64,000 bases of DNA from Sphagnum compactum (taxonomy: Eukaryota). Both the position numbers and the translations under genes were made by a program. A model generated the notes under the pieces. That model was not told the DNA's origin, ran no database searches, and saw nothing but the letters and a program-made list of their open reading frames with translations. The stretch's first letter is position 1. Each line of letters begins with the position of its first letter. The stretch is taken from assembly GCA_965153455.1 (NCBI GenBank), contig OZ234494.1:10788001-10852000 (forward strand). Direction: 5' to 3'. Shown in pieces: positions 42,481 through 54,660 of this stretch.

Positions 42481-45400
42481 ACAAAATTTAAAAAATCATT
42501 TTGGTCCCATCATCATATTTTCTCCTATTATCACAATTATATTATCCATCATTATTAAATGACATTCAAGTTTAAGATATTAATATTTGGACAATAAATG
42601 AAGGTGGATATAAATAATCTTGAATTTATTTATCTTCCAATCATGGATGAATTTCATCCAATGATTTTTTTAATTTAATCTAAATCATAAATGAAATTCA
42701 TCCATGCAAAAATGACATTCATCTATATGAAGAAATAATGTTTTAGACGTTCTTCAAACCTTTTAAGATTAATTTGTTTTCACAATGTCCTTTTTGTTTG
42801 GAAATATTATTGTTTATATGGTTCACCAGTTGAAAATGAAATCTTTCATTGTTTGTGGCAGCTAGTTTGAATGTTGATTCCTATTTTGTCACCCAAAAAA
42901 CATCTTTGATGGTGTCTAACTAAATCCTTCTCATTATCCCTCTTTAGATGTTTTATCTATCAACCCTTAATGTCTTGGCAACACTTTTATTATTGTTGAA
43001 AAATTGGTTAAATGCCAAGGCACATATAATTTTTTTGCAACCACAATCTTAGTTTTGCGAGTTCCTAGAAAATGTGTTGTCAAACTAGATTTAAAGTTTT
43101 TTACAATCTCCATATTGCACCTGACAAAATCTAGATCTCTAAAATATTCAATGACCATGTCTTTAACTAAAGGGTGTTTCATAAAATTTTCAAATGTTAT
43201 TTGTTGGAGATGATAGTTTAAACTCCTTGTTTATTCCACAAAAGACAAGGCCATCCTTTTTTAAATCATAACAATAGTCCTTTGAAGCCCCTTTATAAAT
43301 GGATAAGATTGTTTTGGGTCATTTTTTTCCATTAAAGGTGACAATCTATTCTACTTGAATAGTAATAAGTGTTGATGTTCTCTTAGTTCTATACCTCCTT
43401 ACCCTTTTTCATGCATCATCCCTTCTCTTAGGTACATACCAAAAGTTTAACACTTCACAGCACTTTACCAACTTAAGATTTTTATTTTTTTGTTCGCCCC
43501 TTCTAGTGTTGCAATGGTTAGGTGCCATGGGTGCACCACCCAATGACTAAGTCAACAGAGAATGCTCATAAATTAAAACTTTATCACTTGGGTCACACAT
43601 GATTAAATAGGTACAATATGGACATTGACTTTTCAATATTGCATTGACTTGCAAATGCCACATATTTGCAAATCCAAATCACACGTGCAACTTGTAATTA
43701 AATTAAGGAACAAGGTCCACATCCAATTTGATTAGCCTATAACATCGAATGGCAAAAAGTAAGAGACCCACATGCAACAACTATAGTTGCAATTTCCCTA
43801 CAATGTTGGCAACATGAGGATAATGCACCCATGAAATGTAATCTTCCACCACTTCCTTGCCTACACACTCAAAATAAATAATTTGTTGCTCTTCCCATCA
43901 TTTTGTTGTTTTCTCCTTCAATTGCACTAAACTTTGTTCAAACAACATGAAAGGGGAACTATTTCAATAACTTGAAAACCTTGAAACACAGCAATCACAT
44001 CATAATTGAAATCTCCCTCACACTAATTCAATTTAGTTGTTATCAACTTAGGAAGAATCCCTTTAAAAAAAAATGGAACAATAAATCCATGTAGCGACCA
44101 AAATATGAATCATTAAATGTAAAGACCTAAAAACCATCAAAATGACATATTCTTGAATTTAGAGTTTACAAATTTTGGTAACAAGTACCTTCGTGGTTGA
44201 TGCTTGAAAGGTGTTAAAGCTTTTACACACCTTTCAAAAGCCTAAGTGAATCCTTTAATTGTTATCAACTTGTTAAATGCCATTTTCAAGAAATTGGAAC
44301 AAAATATCTTTATAACAACCAAAATAGAAAATAATCTCAAGTAGCCAAAATAAAATAAAATACTAGGTCCATTTATGATTTGGTACCAATATGAATGAAC
44401 AATTTTAAAAAGATTCCAAAGTCCAACTTGGATTCTTATTCAATTTAGATTATTTTAATTATAGTGAATTATTGTATGCTTAAATAAAATGATGTTATGT
44501 TAAATTAATAAAAATATAAAAAATAGTTTGGATACTATGTAAAAGTCATTTTGAATCCTTTAATCTAATTAAATTAGGTGTCCAACTTGCACTTTTAAAA
44601 AATAATAATAAGAGGGAATGTATTAAATCATGCAATTGATTTCGAACTTTATACAACAAAAATATGTTTCCCTTTATGCAAATACATGTTTATTAGGTGA
44701 AGTTGATGAAAAACCAAATCATATTATAATTCCACATAATTAAATTTGTTGCAAGGGAAAGGAAAGGGTTCCCTTTTTTAACCATTATCTAGTTGCTTAT
44801 ATTCACTAGGCTCAAAAATTTTAGCTCCAAGTCATGTAGGAAATAATCTTGCCAAAAAACATGTTCATAGAAACTCATTTAAATTTTTTTTTGTGTTTGC
44901 GTTTGTAAACCAAGATATTAATGCAAAATTATGTACACATGTGAAAAATAACCACCATCACATGAATTATCTTATATCGGACTATCACCATCATTTTGAA
45001 TTTTTTCATTTAATTTTTTTTGTGTAAATATTATTTGCAAAAGATAGTCTTAAAAAGTCATGGAATCCTTTTTCTTTTTTTATAGAACCCCACTCATGAA
45101 TGGACCCTACTTACCTTTAACACTAGTTCCAACTAGAAAGAAAACTCAAGTTCAAATGTAAAACAATCTTTAACAACCATGTCCTTGGAACTAAGTTATA
45201 AAACTTGTTTGAAACAAAAGGTAAAAGATTGTGTGGTTGAAGCACACTTTGAATAGTAATGGTAAATCCAAACCTAGTATAGTTGCAAATAGTCCTTGGT
45301 GCTACTCTTTCATGCTCCTCCAAAATATATTGTTATGTTTTTAATCAAATTCCAAAAGTAATAGTCGCATTGTTTGGGTTGCTTTCATTTTAATATGTAT

Positions 45401-46578
45401 GAAAACAAAATCTTGAAATAATGGTGTAGAAAAGGTAGGCAATATTACATTCCAATAATGCACAAAAGACAAAGAGAAGAGTTCACAAAAGGCAAATAAC
45501 ACCCAACAACTAATAATATGGAAAAAAAAAGTAGCAACAAAACAAATATCAAAACCTAAAACCCTAAAAATCAAGAATGGGAAAGAATTTAAAAAAAAAA
45601 AACGAACTAGTTGCCTCACTTCTTGTCACAAAATTTTACTTGTTTAAATCAATTCTTATTGATTCCTATATTTATTGATTTGGAATTTTAAGGATTACAA
45701 TTTTCTTGCCGCTTGGCATACCACAATAATTGTAGTTTTCCTTGTTATAATCATAATCATCATTGTTGTTGAGATGGTTCTAAAATGTTTGTCCCTCTCA
45801 CCATTGTAGTTGCCCTTTGATATGTTTGATTTTCATTGGATCTTCATTGAGAGCATTTTGTCTTTTCTTTCTTCCCAAATTTCAACTTTTTGTCTTTGTT
45901 TTTCTTGGAGCAATTTTGAAATTAGCTTTTCAAAGGTTGGAGTATCATCTTGTGCGATCATTATGAGAAAAAAAATTTCATAAAGATTGTGAATTCAATA
46001 CACGAATAACAACTTCTTCATCTAGTACGACTTCTCCAATTCCTACAAGCCAAATGAATGTTTTTTTTGACAAACCAAAAAAATTCAAAAACATTCCCTC
46101 CTTCTAAAGCTTAGATTTTAAAACTTATTTTCAGGATCATCTTCCTTACAACATTCCTAGTCTTGAAAAGATCTTGGAGTGATCTCCAAGAGATCTCTAG
46201 ATCAATTAATTTTAGATATGTAAGGGATGAGTTCATCGATTATTGAGAAGTTCATGATGGTTAATTTCTCATTGAGCTGGATCTTTTGCTGCAAAGCATT
46301 TTGAAAAAGAACTACAATATATGTGCAGAAGGAAATCCTAAGCAAATTGCAATCGCTTCCAAATAGATCCACAATATCAGTTATGCAACTCAATGTGATA
46401 ACATATCATCCAGTGTTTGCTGGAAGAAAAAGAAAACAAGAACCTAACTACAGTTTTTTGTGACATGTGCAGGCACAATAAAACCTTCAAATGTTAACTA
46501 GCCACCATTGTCTTCCACCCTCTATTTGCTTCTTCAATTGAATAGTGTACACCTTACATAGTGACAATCGTTTACAGT

Positions 46579-49500
46579 TCAGAGTCTGGATTTCACTCCC
46601 TGATCTGTTTTCCGCAACATCCCTTCTTGAGCTGTTGAGATGACGAGCTGTACACAAACAAAGCATGATTGAAAAATGGTCAAATATACAGCCAGGACAA
46701 TCTTTTTGTGTACATTATTCGTGTGCAAAGTTTGTGTGCAGAGTCTTATATGACCTTTTATACATTGATTGCCAAGAAGTCCTCTGTTACAATTCATTGA
46801 CAAGTAATGCGTCACTACTGTGATATACAAACAGAAAAGGGCATCAATACCTCTCCACTTTGTGTGTAGATCTGGCCAAAAACCAAACCTCGTCCATGGC
46901 CTGCTTGTGGACTTGTTTGCTGCAACAGTTGCATAGTGACCCAAAACATTATGAGACATACACCCATGAGATCCAAAGGTACACATGACCTTGAAGTTGG
47001 GTCAGTGAGATTATACAAATTGCATATGAAAAACAGAATAGTTTAGGGTCTAGCATTAAGGGTGTAAGAAACAAATCAAGGCTAGCATAATGATGTGCAC
47101 ACATAGGTGAAGAATACATGACGTACCACGTATAGAAGCCATTCATCAGCTCTGAATGGCTTGTGGAACCACATACTGCACAATTACCACCACCTTGGGA
47201 TGTGAATTTCTCTTTGTGAATTTCTCAAAGAGAAATTCAAGGAGACAAAAACACTTGCTACTTTGCAACCTTTGTATGATTGTCAATACAAAAGACCTCA
47301 TGCAAAGAGACATGCAGAAATTTGGCCACTCTGAACAGATTGATAACAAGAAACCCAATGCCCAAAGCCAACTAGTGTTATAGTAGCAAGAATATTGATT
47401 GATGCAAGCTGGAAAACCACTGACAGAAAGGAAAAAACCCAAGGTGAAAGAAGTGTAACGTACGAGTGGTCAAGACTCAGAACCTGCATCTCATTACGAC
47501 CTGGTATGTGTTTGTGAGGCCGTAAGGCTGTTTCTATAAATGTCCAATCAGATGCATATGCAGCAACGCATCTGTGAAATCAGCCATCAGTTATGAGAAG
47601 AGAGAAGTAAGAGATATTGCAACAAGCTCTCAGATACTTATGTATGCAATGAGCTCTCAGAGGCATGGAAAAACCATCCAAATTAGATGAATACAAAGGG
47701 GGTAAAGGAAAATGCTTCAGCCCCAAGCAAAGAGACTGCATCTAGAGTTATCATGGCAGAGCAACCATATAGTTTTTCTCTCCTACATCCTTCACTGCAA
47801 CAATTGTAACAGAAACACACATATCAAATTCAAAGAACAACTGTTTGAACACCCAACTACAGATCTCTACTTTGGGAAAATTCTGAAAAATTCCATACCG
47901 CTGAAGAGCCTGGTCATCAGATAATTTTCCCTTTGATCGCATCCAGACCCTCTGTCTGTAAATATATAATACCCATTACCTGCCTCTTATCAGAGCCAGC
48001 AAGCAAGAATGAGGAAAAAACCTAGGAATTAAAAAATTCAGCTGAAAAAAGCGACAATGATGTACACACTCTCACCTTGGTTCCAAAACTTGGCGCATAA
48101 CGCGATCTATAGGTTCAACAAACCTCATCTCCAAAGGAGCTGGTGCAACTTTCATAGATGCCAGTTTTTGCCTCATCTTCCTGAAAGTCACGTTATTGAA
48201 GAGCTTTACCACCAGGAAAAGCTTATCACCCATTGTTGAAAAATAAGGTCACATTTCAGGGACCCTCCATGTGCACAATACAATATAATAGTGTTGTTGC
48301 AAACATGACCTACAGAACTCAATTTCTAAGTGTGTAAAAATGGGAGTCCAAATGTGTCAAGAAACTACTTACAAGGGGATGCGGGGGTCTGTACGGTAAC
48401 TCTCCAGTACTTTCTCCCATGGAGGAACCTGTAGAGATTGAACTGATTTTAATACTGAGAAAATCCAGTACCAAGCAAATCGTACATATCTGAAAACAGA
48501 GTCTACAGATTTGCAAAATACATAGAAAGTGAGTGGGTTGAACTGAATGCACCTCATCTGGGTTAGGTGCATCTGGCATTGGCTGTTGATGTTCAACACC
48601 ATCCATAGCTCTCTGAAGGATATTCACATGACCAACCAGAGAGCGCTTAGACATGTGGGGTTTTTTTGTTTTTCCTCCTCACAAATGAGATTCTTTCTTG
48701 TGGCATTTTGCAGGTCCAATACATGATCAGAGTCCACTCCTCCTACATGAGATCATGTTTTACCAACCAAAACAAAAGCAGAGAGCAATACCTGGAAAGA
48801 AGCATACATGGTAAAAATAACTCTGCCTTTCTGTGTAGCCAACACTTGTCGGGTAGCAAACGTGTGGCCATCTCGAGTCCTCTCTACCTTGTATATGATT
48901 GGCACTACGATTCATTGGCACCCAAAAGACTGTCATGGTTTGTGGACCAAGCAAACACCATGAAAACTGGATGGAAAGGATGATTCAACATTTTCTACAG
49001 TATGATCCAGGGTTTAGGGTTTACCACAGAAATGCCACTTTTGGTGCCTGTTCTGACGAATCATGCAGAATTTGCTCTGAATTCTCTAACCCTGAGTTAT
49101 CAAATACAAACTTGACTCTCTCACCAAGAACTGGGATTAGGGTTTAGGGTTTAGGGAAGAAAGACTGCAGTATATGCCTGGACTTTTCTTCTGTATCAGT
49201 CCCTCTTCACAACAACTATCATGAAGTGGCATGTTTGAGCACTCTCCGACAAGGAGGTGATTATTGACCAGGAGGGTTAAGCGACAATACCCTGATCATC
49301 ACCCGTGCGGAGAAAGTATGAATGAAGGCTGTGAACAAGCAGGGAAGGATCAACTGACTTGCTGGCAGCTGCTAGAGCCTGCAATATGCACCCTAACTCT
49401 TCAATTACAAATTGCCTCCATTTCTTGTCCATTACCAGAAAAATCCCCCCTAGATTTATTGACTGATATGAACAGCTATAGAATGTAGAAAAGTCAAGGG

Positions 49501-51243
49501 CTATCAGGAGATGTACTTGGCCCAATAGCTGCCCACCAAAGACATTGCCGCCAAACGAGGGATATTCCTTCTCTGTAACTCCTCGATACAGATCAACCTA
49601 CCAAAAACATCCTTGAAAACTTGATGACAGTTATGTTATCTTTACACAGAAGATCTAACCACTATTTTTGCAATCTGATTCTCCAAGCTGTGTGAAGAGC
49701 ACACACTTCCTGAAGAGCGCAAGCGCTTTCCTTTTTCAAAAGAATTTCTTCACACATTTTCACTATAAATCAGACCTGACCCATAAAATCCAGCACACTT
49801 ACTTCCAAGGTCTCAAGCTGCAGAATGCGCTCCACCAGAGAAACACTAGTCTGATCTGGTTTGGTGGCCCATATGGACTCAGATGATAGTAAGTCGGCAT
49901 CCTCATGTCCAAGAACAAAGCACATCAGCTGCAAACAAACACAATGCTAAGAGGAAGACAATTTGGACTGCCCATCACGTTCCAAAACATCTGCCATGAA
50001 ACAAACACATTAAACCCCAAGTCTAAGCATTCAGTTAAGGCCCCTAAATTAATGTTTTTGTGCTTCACAGGAAAGGAAAGGAGGACCTCAGTGATTGCAT
50101 TTATGTCAGCTTTGTGGAGTGTTTTCACAGGTCCAGAACAGGCTGTTGCCACCCAACAACATGCCACAAAAATTTGGTCACCCAAAAGTCTGAAACTTGT
50201 GCATGTCTATGAAATTCCAGAGAAATAAATCTCCACAACCCATAACAAAAGGTTGAGCTTCAATGAAAGAAGGGGAAAGCCCAATCACAGAATCCAGCTG
50301 CAACAGACAAGCTCAATGTGAGGGGTAAAATCATTGATTTCAACTTGTCAGCATACCATATCCAAAGTAGTCACCCGGCTTCAAAATGGGCATGGTATGC
50401 TGCATCATGGTGCCACTGATTGATGCTGAAACCTCTGCCTGAATATATACAAGAAATTTACAAACACATGTGAATCGAAATGCACCCAGTAGGTCCACAT
50501 GAGAATGATGACTGCCACCATTTTGTACCCCATAACATAATGCTCCTCCTCATGCACCTCTTGCTCTTTCTGATTGTAGCATTCTATTATTGCTACAAGT
50601 CTTCTGGAAGATGGACAGGAAAGGAAAGTGAAGAAGACATGATGGTGATATGAGAAAAAGGGACAATGAATAGGAGGTACTACTCCACCTCTCCTTTGTA
50701 GAGGAAGTAAAGCCCTTCTCCTGGTGACCCTTCATGCACCAGCATCTCACCTGGTTCTGACCAAACAAAACAAAAAAGGCATTCACAATTTCAGTACTTA
50801 GTGCAGAATGGATCCCAATTCACATGAAGAAAATGGGATTATTCGACAGGAAAAGAGAACCTGTAGCACACAGAAAAAGGGGGGGGAGGGGGGGGAGAAA
50901 AAAAGACTTGGGTCTCTCACCAAAGTGTCGCAGCTTCACGACATCGGCAATCTTTTGAACTGATGCTCCAGGCAATTGCTGCAACAAAGGTATCGATCCC
51001 AGAAAATCCAGAACTGCAAACCCAAAAACAAAATTGAGCATCGAGAGCTCTCTGCATCTTGCAATTAAAAAATAATTCAGACTCCCTTGAGATCCTTCCT
51101 ACAACACAATCAATCCTCGAAAGGAAGGGGGCGGGGGGGGGAACTGCAGAGAAAAACAGAGTCTTCGTGTGAAATGAAGAAGTGAGAGAAAGAAAAATAC
51201 GCATGTGTGCAACTGACTGACCTTCTTTTGAGTCTACCGCCAT
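46579..51243 (-). CDS. ACH2: Peroxisomal acyl-CoA thioesterase II (TesB/ACOT8 type) with N-terminal cyclic-nucleotide-binding domain, 433 aa
   Basis: 17 exons: 51243-51222, 51013-50921, 50756-50689, 50438-50357, 50142-50087, 49928-49803, 49597-49517, 49378-49291, 48904-48792, 48612-48553, 48428-48373, 48180-48076, 47955-47899, 47571-47464, 47175-47127, 46919-46851, 46647-46579. Motifs GDYFG (cNMP fold), [39 protein letters not shown], and C-terminal PTS1 SRL. Confidence 0.95.
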
Positions 51244-51469
51244 TGCAACCGTTTCTTCCAGCTGCTACTTCATCACCCACGATCCACAAAAACTCTGATC
51301 TTGATCTTCTTTCGTCTGTGTGTCTCTCTCGATGTTGTTTATTCGCGCGACGCGACAACAACAACAACATCAGCTGAGGAAGAAGAAGGACTCTTCCCTA
51401 GCGTATGCGGGAAGGGGACTGCATAATTTCTCTGTTCACACTTGGACGAAACGAACTCCTAGGTGTAAA

Positions 51470-52015
51470 ATAAATTATCCCCATTCCCACTTTTGGCCGA
51501 AACCCAATAGCCTTTTGGGCAGTCTCAAACTCAAAACTGAGTATCAAATGGAAACACGCCTCGATTGAGCCAAAATCAAGGAACAATGTCTTTTCATTTT
51601 TGACGTGTGAAAGTGAAGTTGCGCTTTTATGTATAATAGGGTAAGGAATAGATAACCCTATTCACATGTAATCCCCCATTCCCACTTTTGACTCAAACCC
51701 AATACCTTTTTGAGGCCCAAACTTGCAATTGAGCATCAAATGGAAATTATTAATTTTTAAGTGTCAATTATATTTGACAATAAGAATGATGATTTACAAT
51801 TTTGGCATTAAACTAACTAAATAATGAAGCTATTGGGCTTGAGAGCTTCATCTAGATTTTTGGCATGGCATGCACATATTTTTCAGAATTTTTTGACAAT
51901 TCCAAATAAATAATTAATTAGTGCCTACCCAGCTTAGGTACTAGGGTACTAGGAACAAGAGTTTCATTTGCTAAGTGTGCAAGTGAAGTTGGGCTTTATG
52001 TATAGGGTAAGGAAC
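51470..52015. repeat. Local duplications upstream of the thioesterase gene
   Basis: CCCCATTCCCACTTTTG...AAACCCAATA...ATCAAATGGAAA at 51479 and 51674. GTGTG.AAGTGAAGTTG...TAGGGTAAGGAA at about 51605 and 51975. Confidence 0.8.
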
Positions 52016-53079
52016 ATTTTTGAGACGCTTCCTAGTTTTTGAGACACTTCATGCCATGCTTAGAAAGCTCTCAATGAGTAAGGGTGCACGGACTTGGTTT
52101 GAAATGCTTCATGCCATGCTTCTTGGTGTTGCTGGAAAGCCCCTTGGCGATGAATAAGATTTAATAGAGTTTATTTCACAATTTTTAGAGCTAAGGTGTG
52201 AAAGATATTGATTTTTGAGTGAATTTTTTGTTGCTGAAAATTCAAACAAATTGCAAGAATGGGGTTTGGAAGGAAAAATCAGTTGAATCTGCAATGTGTT
52301 CACACTTGGGGCCAACGACATAAGCCACACTAGTTTTTTTGAACTGTATTGTTGAAGTGATTTTTTCTAGCTATGCATGTATGATAGAAGGCATTAAAAC
52401 TTATTTTCAAAGATTCACTTATATGTTTTCATGTTTTGTTTCAAATTTTCAATTGTTGCATTAGACATTCATTATCCAACCTTTTGATATATGCACACAA
52501 GAGTGGTGTGCAAAGGACAAATGTGTTTTATGTGGTGGGTGTAAGTACCTTATGTGTACACCTAAAACCCAACCTTGGTCAAACATAGAATGTTCCTATC
52601 CTTTTGCCACCCCTATGGTTGGTACAATATTTTATATGTACACCTAAAACCTACAAAATGCAACTATCCTTTTGCCATACCTTAGTGGATACAATACCTT
52701 ATATGCATGGTTTTTTTATTATAATGTACTTTTATGGAAGTCATAGTGATAGTTTTTTTGATTTTGTCAAGTCTTGGCTTTTACAATTCAAATGCATTGA
52801 AAAATTCAAAAAATATAAGTTGAAAATTTGAAACATTATTTTAATCCTCTTAACTTTGAAAAAAAATACACCAAAAAGTCCAATACTTAGTGAAAAATGG
52901 ACTTTACAATGTTGGCCACATTTAATGTCATAGTTTTTTTTTTAATGGTTATGGATTTCTTCTTCTAATGGATTTGGAAGACATGTTCAAAAGTTTGGCG
53001 GCCTCTACATTGTAGGTTCATAACACTTAAGATGAAAAAATCAAGTAGAAAATGTTCTTTCATGTTAAAAAAAAGTCAA

Positions 53080-54170
53080 AATGAAGACCTTCGAATTCAC
53101 AAAAGCCATTTAGATATCCAAATTGATTTTTCCAAGAGCCATATTTATTATGATGTTTTAAGTGCATTAGGCTTTCACAGCTATGATAGTTGTTTCAAAG
53201 TCATTGTGAGTAATTAAAATATGGAGACCAATTAAGGGATCAATAAAATGGACCATGTGGGACTATCCTATAAATCAAAAAGTCAAATTTTTTTGCCATC
53301 ATTTAGATTAGTTATCCAATCTTGCATAATCTTACCTGATGTGTTTACAACAACATCAATGAACATCAATGTTTGTAGCTTGGAAGGATGTGTTTGAACC
53401 ACCATACATCCTATATAGGTTTGCTTGGCAAAATTTTGACAATTGCAATGTAATCACATACAAATAATCTTTGCCCTTTGCAAATTTCATCAAAACATTA
53501 ATGGATTCTAGCATGGGCAAAATACATGGTAGGCCCATAATTGTATCAATGTCACACAAATTTAACATATTGGCCTTGGTTGCCTCCATTGAACCAAAAT
53601 CAACTACCATCTTAGCAATCAACATCATAAAATTTTTCCCAATTTGCTTCAAAGGTGTTAGCATGTTGATCCACCTCGTTTTCACATTTTGAAAAACTTT
53701 CAAACCTTTTGTTTTCACAATTTTAGTAAGCCTTTGGAATTCAAGATGGCATTTGGGGGAGCTAGAAAAATACGCATAAAGCAATTCAAGGAGATCTTCC
53801 AATTTGGAAACCATTGGCATGGAAGACAAAATTTACATTGCAAGGTTTGTTCTATGTTCTATATAATGGATCCCAATGAAAAAAGGTGTTTGCTTTATCT
53901 TCATTAAACCAATAATTCCAAATTTGACCCTTTGAAATGTGAAGGCACCATTAACTTCTAGACACACAAGGTGTTTTGTAATCTAACTTCGAAACAAACC
54001 ACCATATTTCATTAGAGCAAAAAAAAATGACAACTTTGATGTTTGTGCCAATTCCACCATCATTTGAATGTCCAAGTGTGAAAAAAATAGGCACATGCCT
54101 AAAAATTGTCATCACATAGCAATAGATGTAAATCAAGCTTCAATTATCAATTATAGTTACTTCATTTCCA
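53080..54170 (-). mobile_element. Decayed hAT-family (ZNF862-like) transposase
   Basis: ORF 53829-53356 reads LLYAYFSSSPKCHLEF...GLKVFQNVKTRWINML...LPCILPMLE..NVLMK (SPKR/TRW hAT motifs). Upstream frameshifted remnants resemble H..HRTNL and the DEVT..DN catalytic segment. Confidence 0.8.
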
Positions 54171-54279
54171 AAAATTCAAAAAAATTTGTGAAAACAAGAT
54201 TTCTTCTTTAATGTGAGGGATGCCAAGGCCATGAAATTCATTCATTTGAATGTTCATCCATGTACCTAAATTTTAATTC

Positions 54280-54660
54280 AATTTTAATTCATTCTTCATC
54301 AATTTCTAGTTAAGTTTTAATTCATTTCCACTTAACTCATAGTTCACTTCCAGTTGACTCTTAGTTCACTTTAATTAAGTTTTAATTAAGTCTGAGTTAA
54401 CTCCCAGTTAACTCTTAGTTAGCTTCTAATCAACTTTGAGTTAAGTCTTAATTAATTCAAAGTTAACTCATAGTTAACTCCCAGTTAAGTCCTAATTAAC
54501 TCCCAGTTAAATCCTAATTCCCTTTTAATTAAATTCTAGTTAACTTTAGTTAAATATAATTAACTTCTCGTTGAACAAAAAGTTAACTGGAAGTGAATTA
54601 TGGAGTTAATAGGGTTAAACTAGGGGTTAACTCCAGTTGATTTTAAGTTAATTTTGCAAC
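54280..54660. repeat. 11-bp minisatellite (AGTTAACTCCC-like) with an orientation switch near 54570
   Basis: GTTAAC/TTAA cores recur every 11 bp (e.g. AGTTAACTCCCAGTTAACTCTTAGTTAGC). The right end reads GTTAACTGGAAG..GGAGTTAA..GGGTTAACT. Confidence 0.8.

Noticed and set aside
42800-46200. Short ORFs in the AT-rich gene-free block (e.g. 42967-43182; similarly 17950-19200 and 55000-57800)
   Set aside because: Fragmentary, stop-ridden, CpG-depleted sequence typical of old TE debris; no motif allowed classification.
49009-49157. Interstitial telomere (TTTAGGG x2-3) in ACH2 intron 8; also 12695-12708
   Set aside because: Too short to indicate a chromosome fusion; such short telo-like runs are common in plant DNA.
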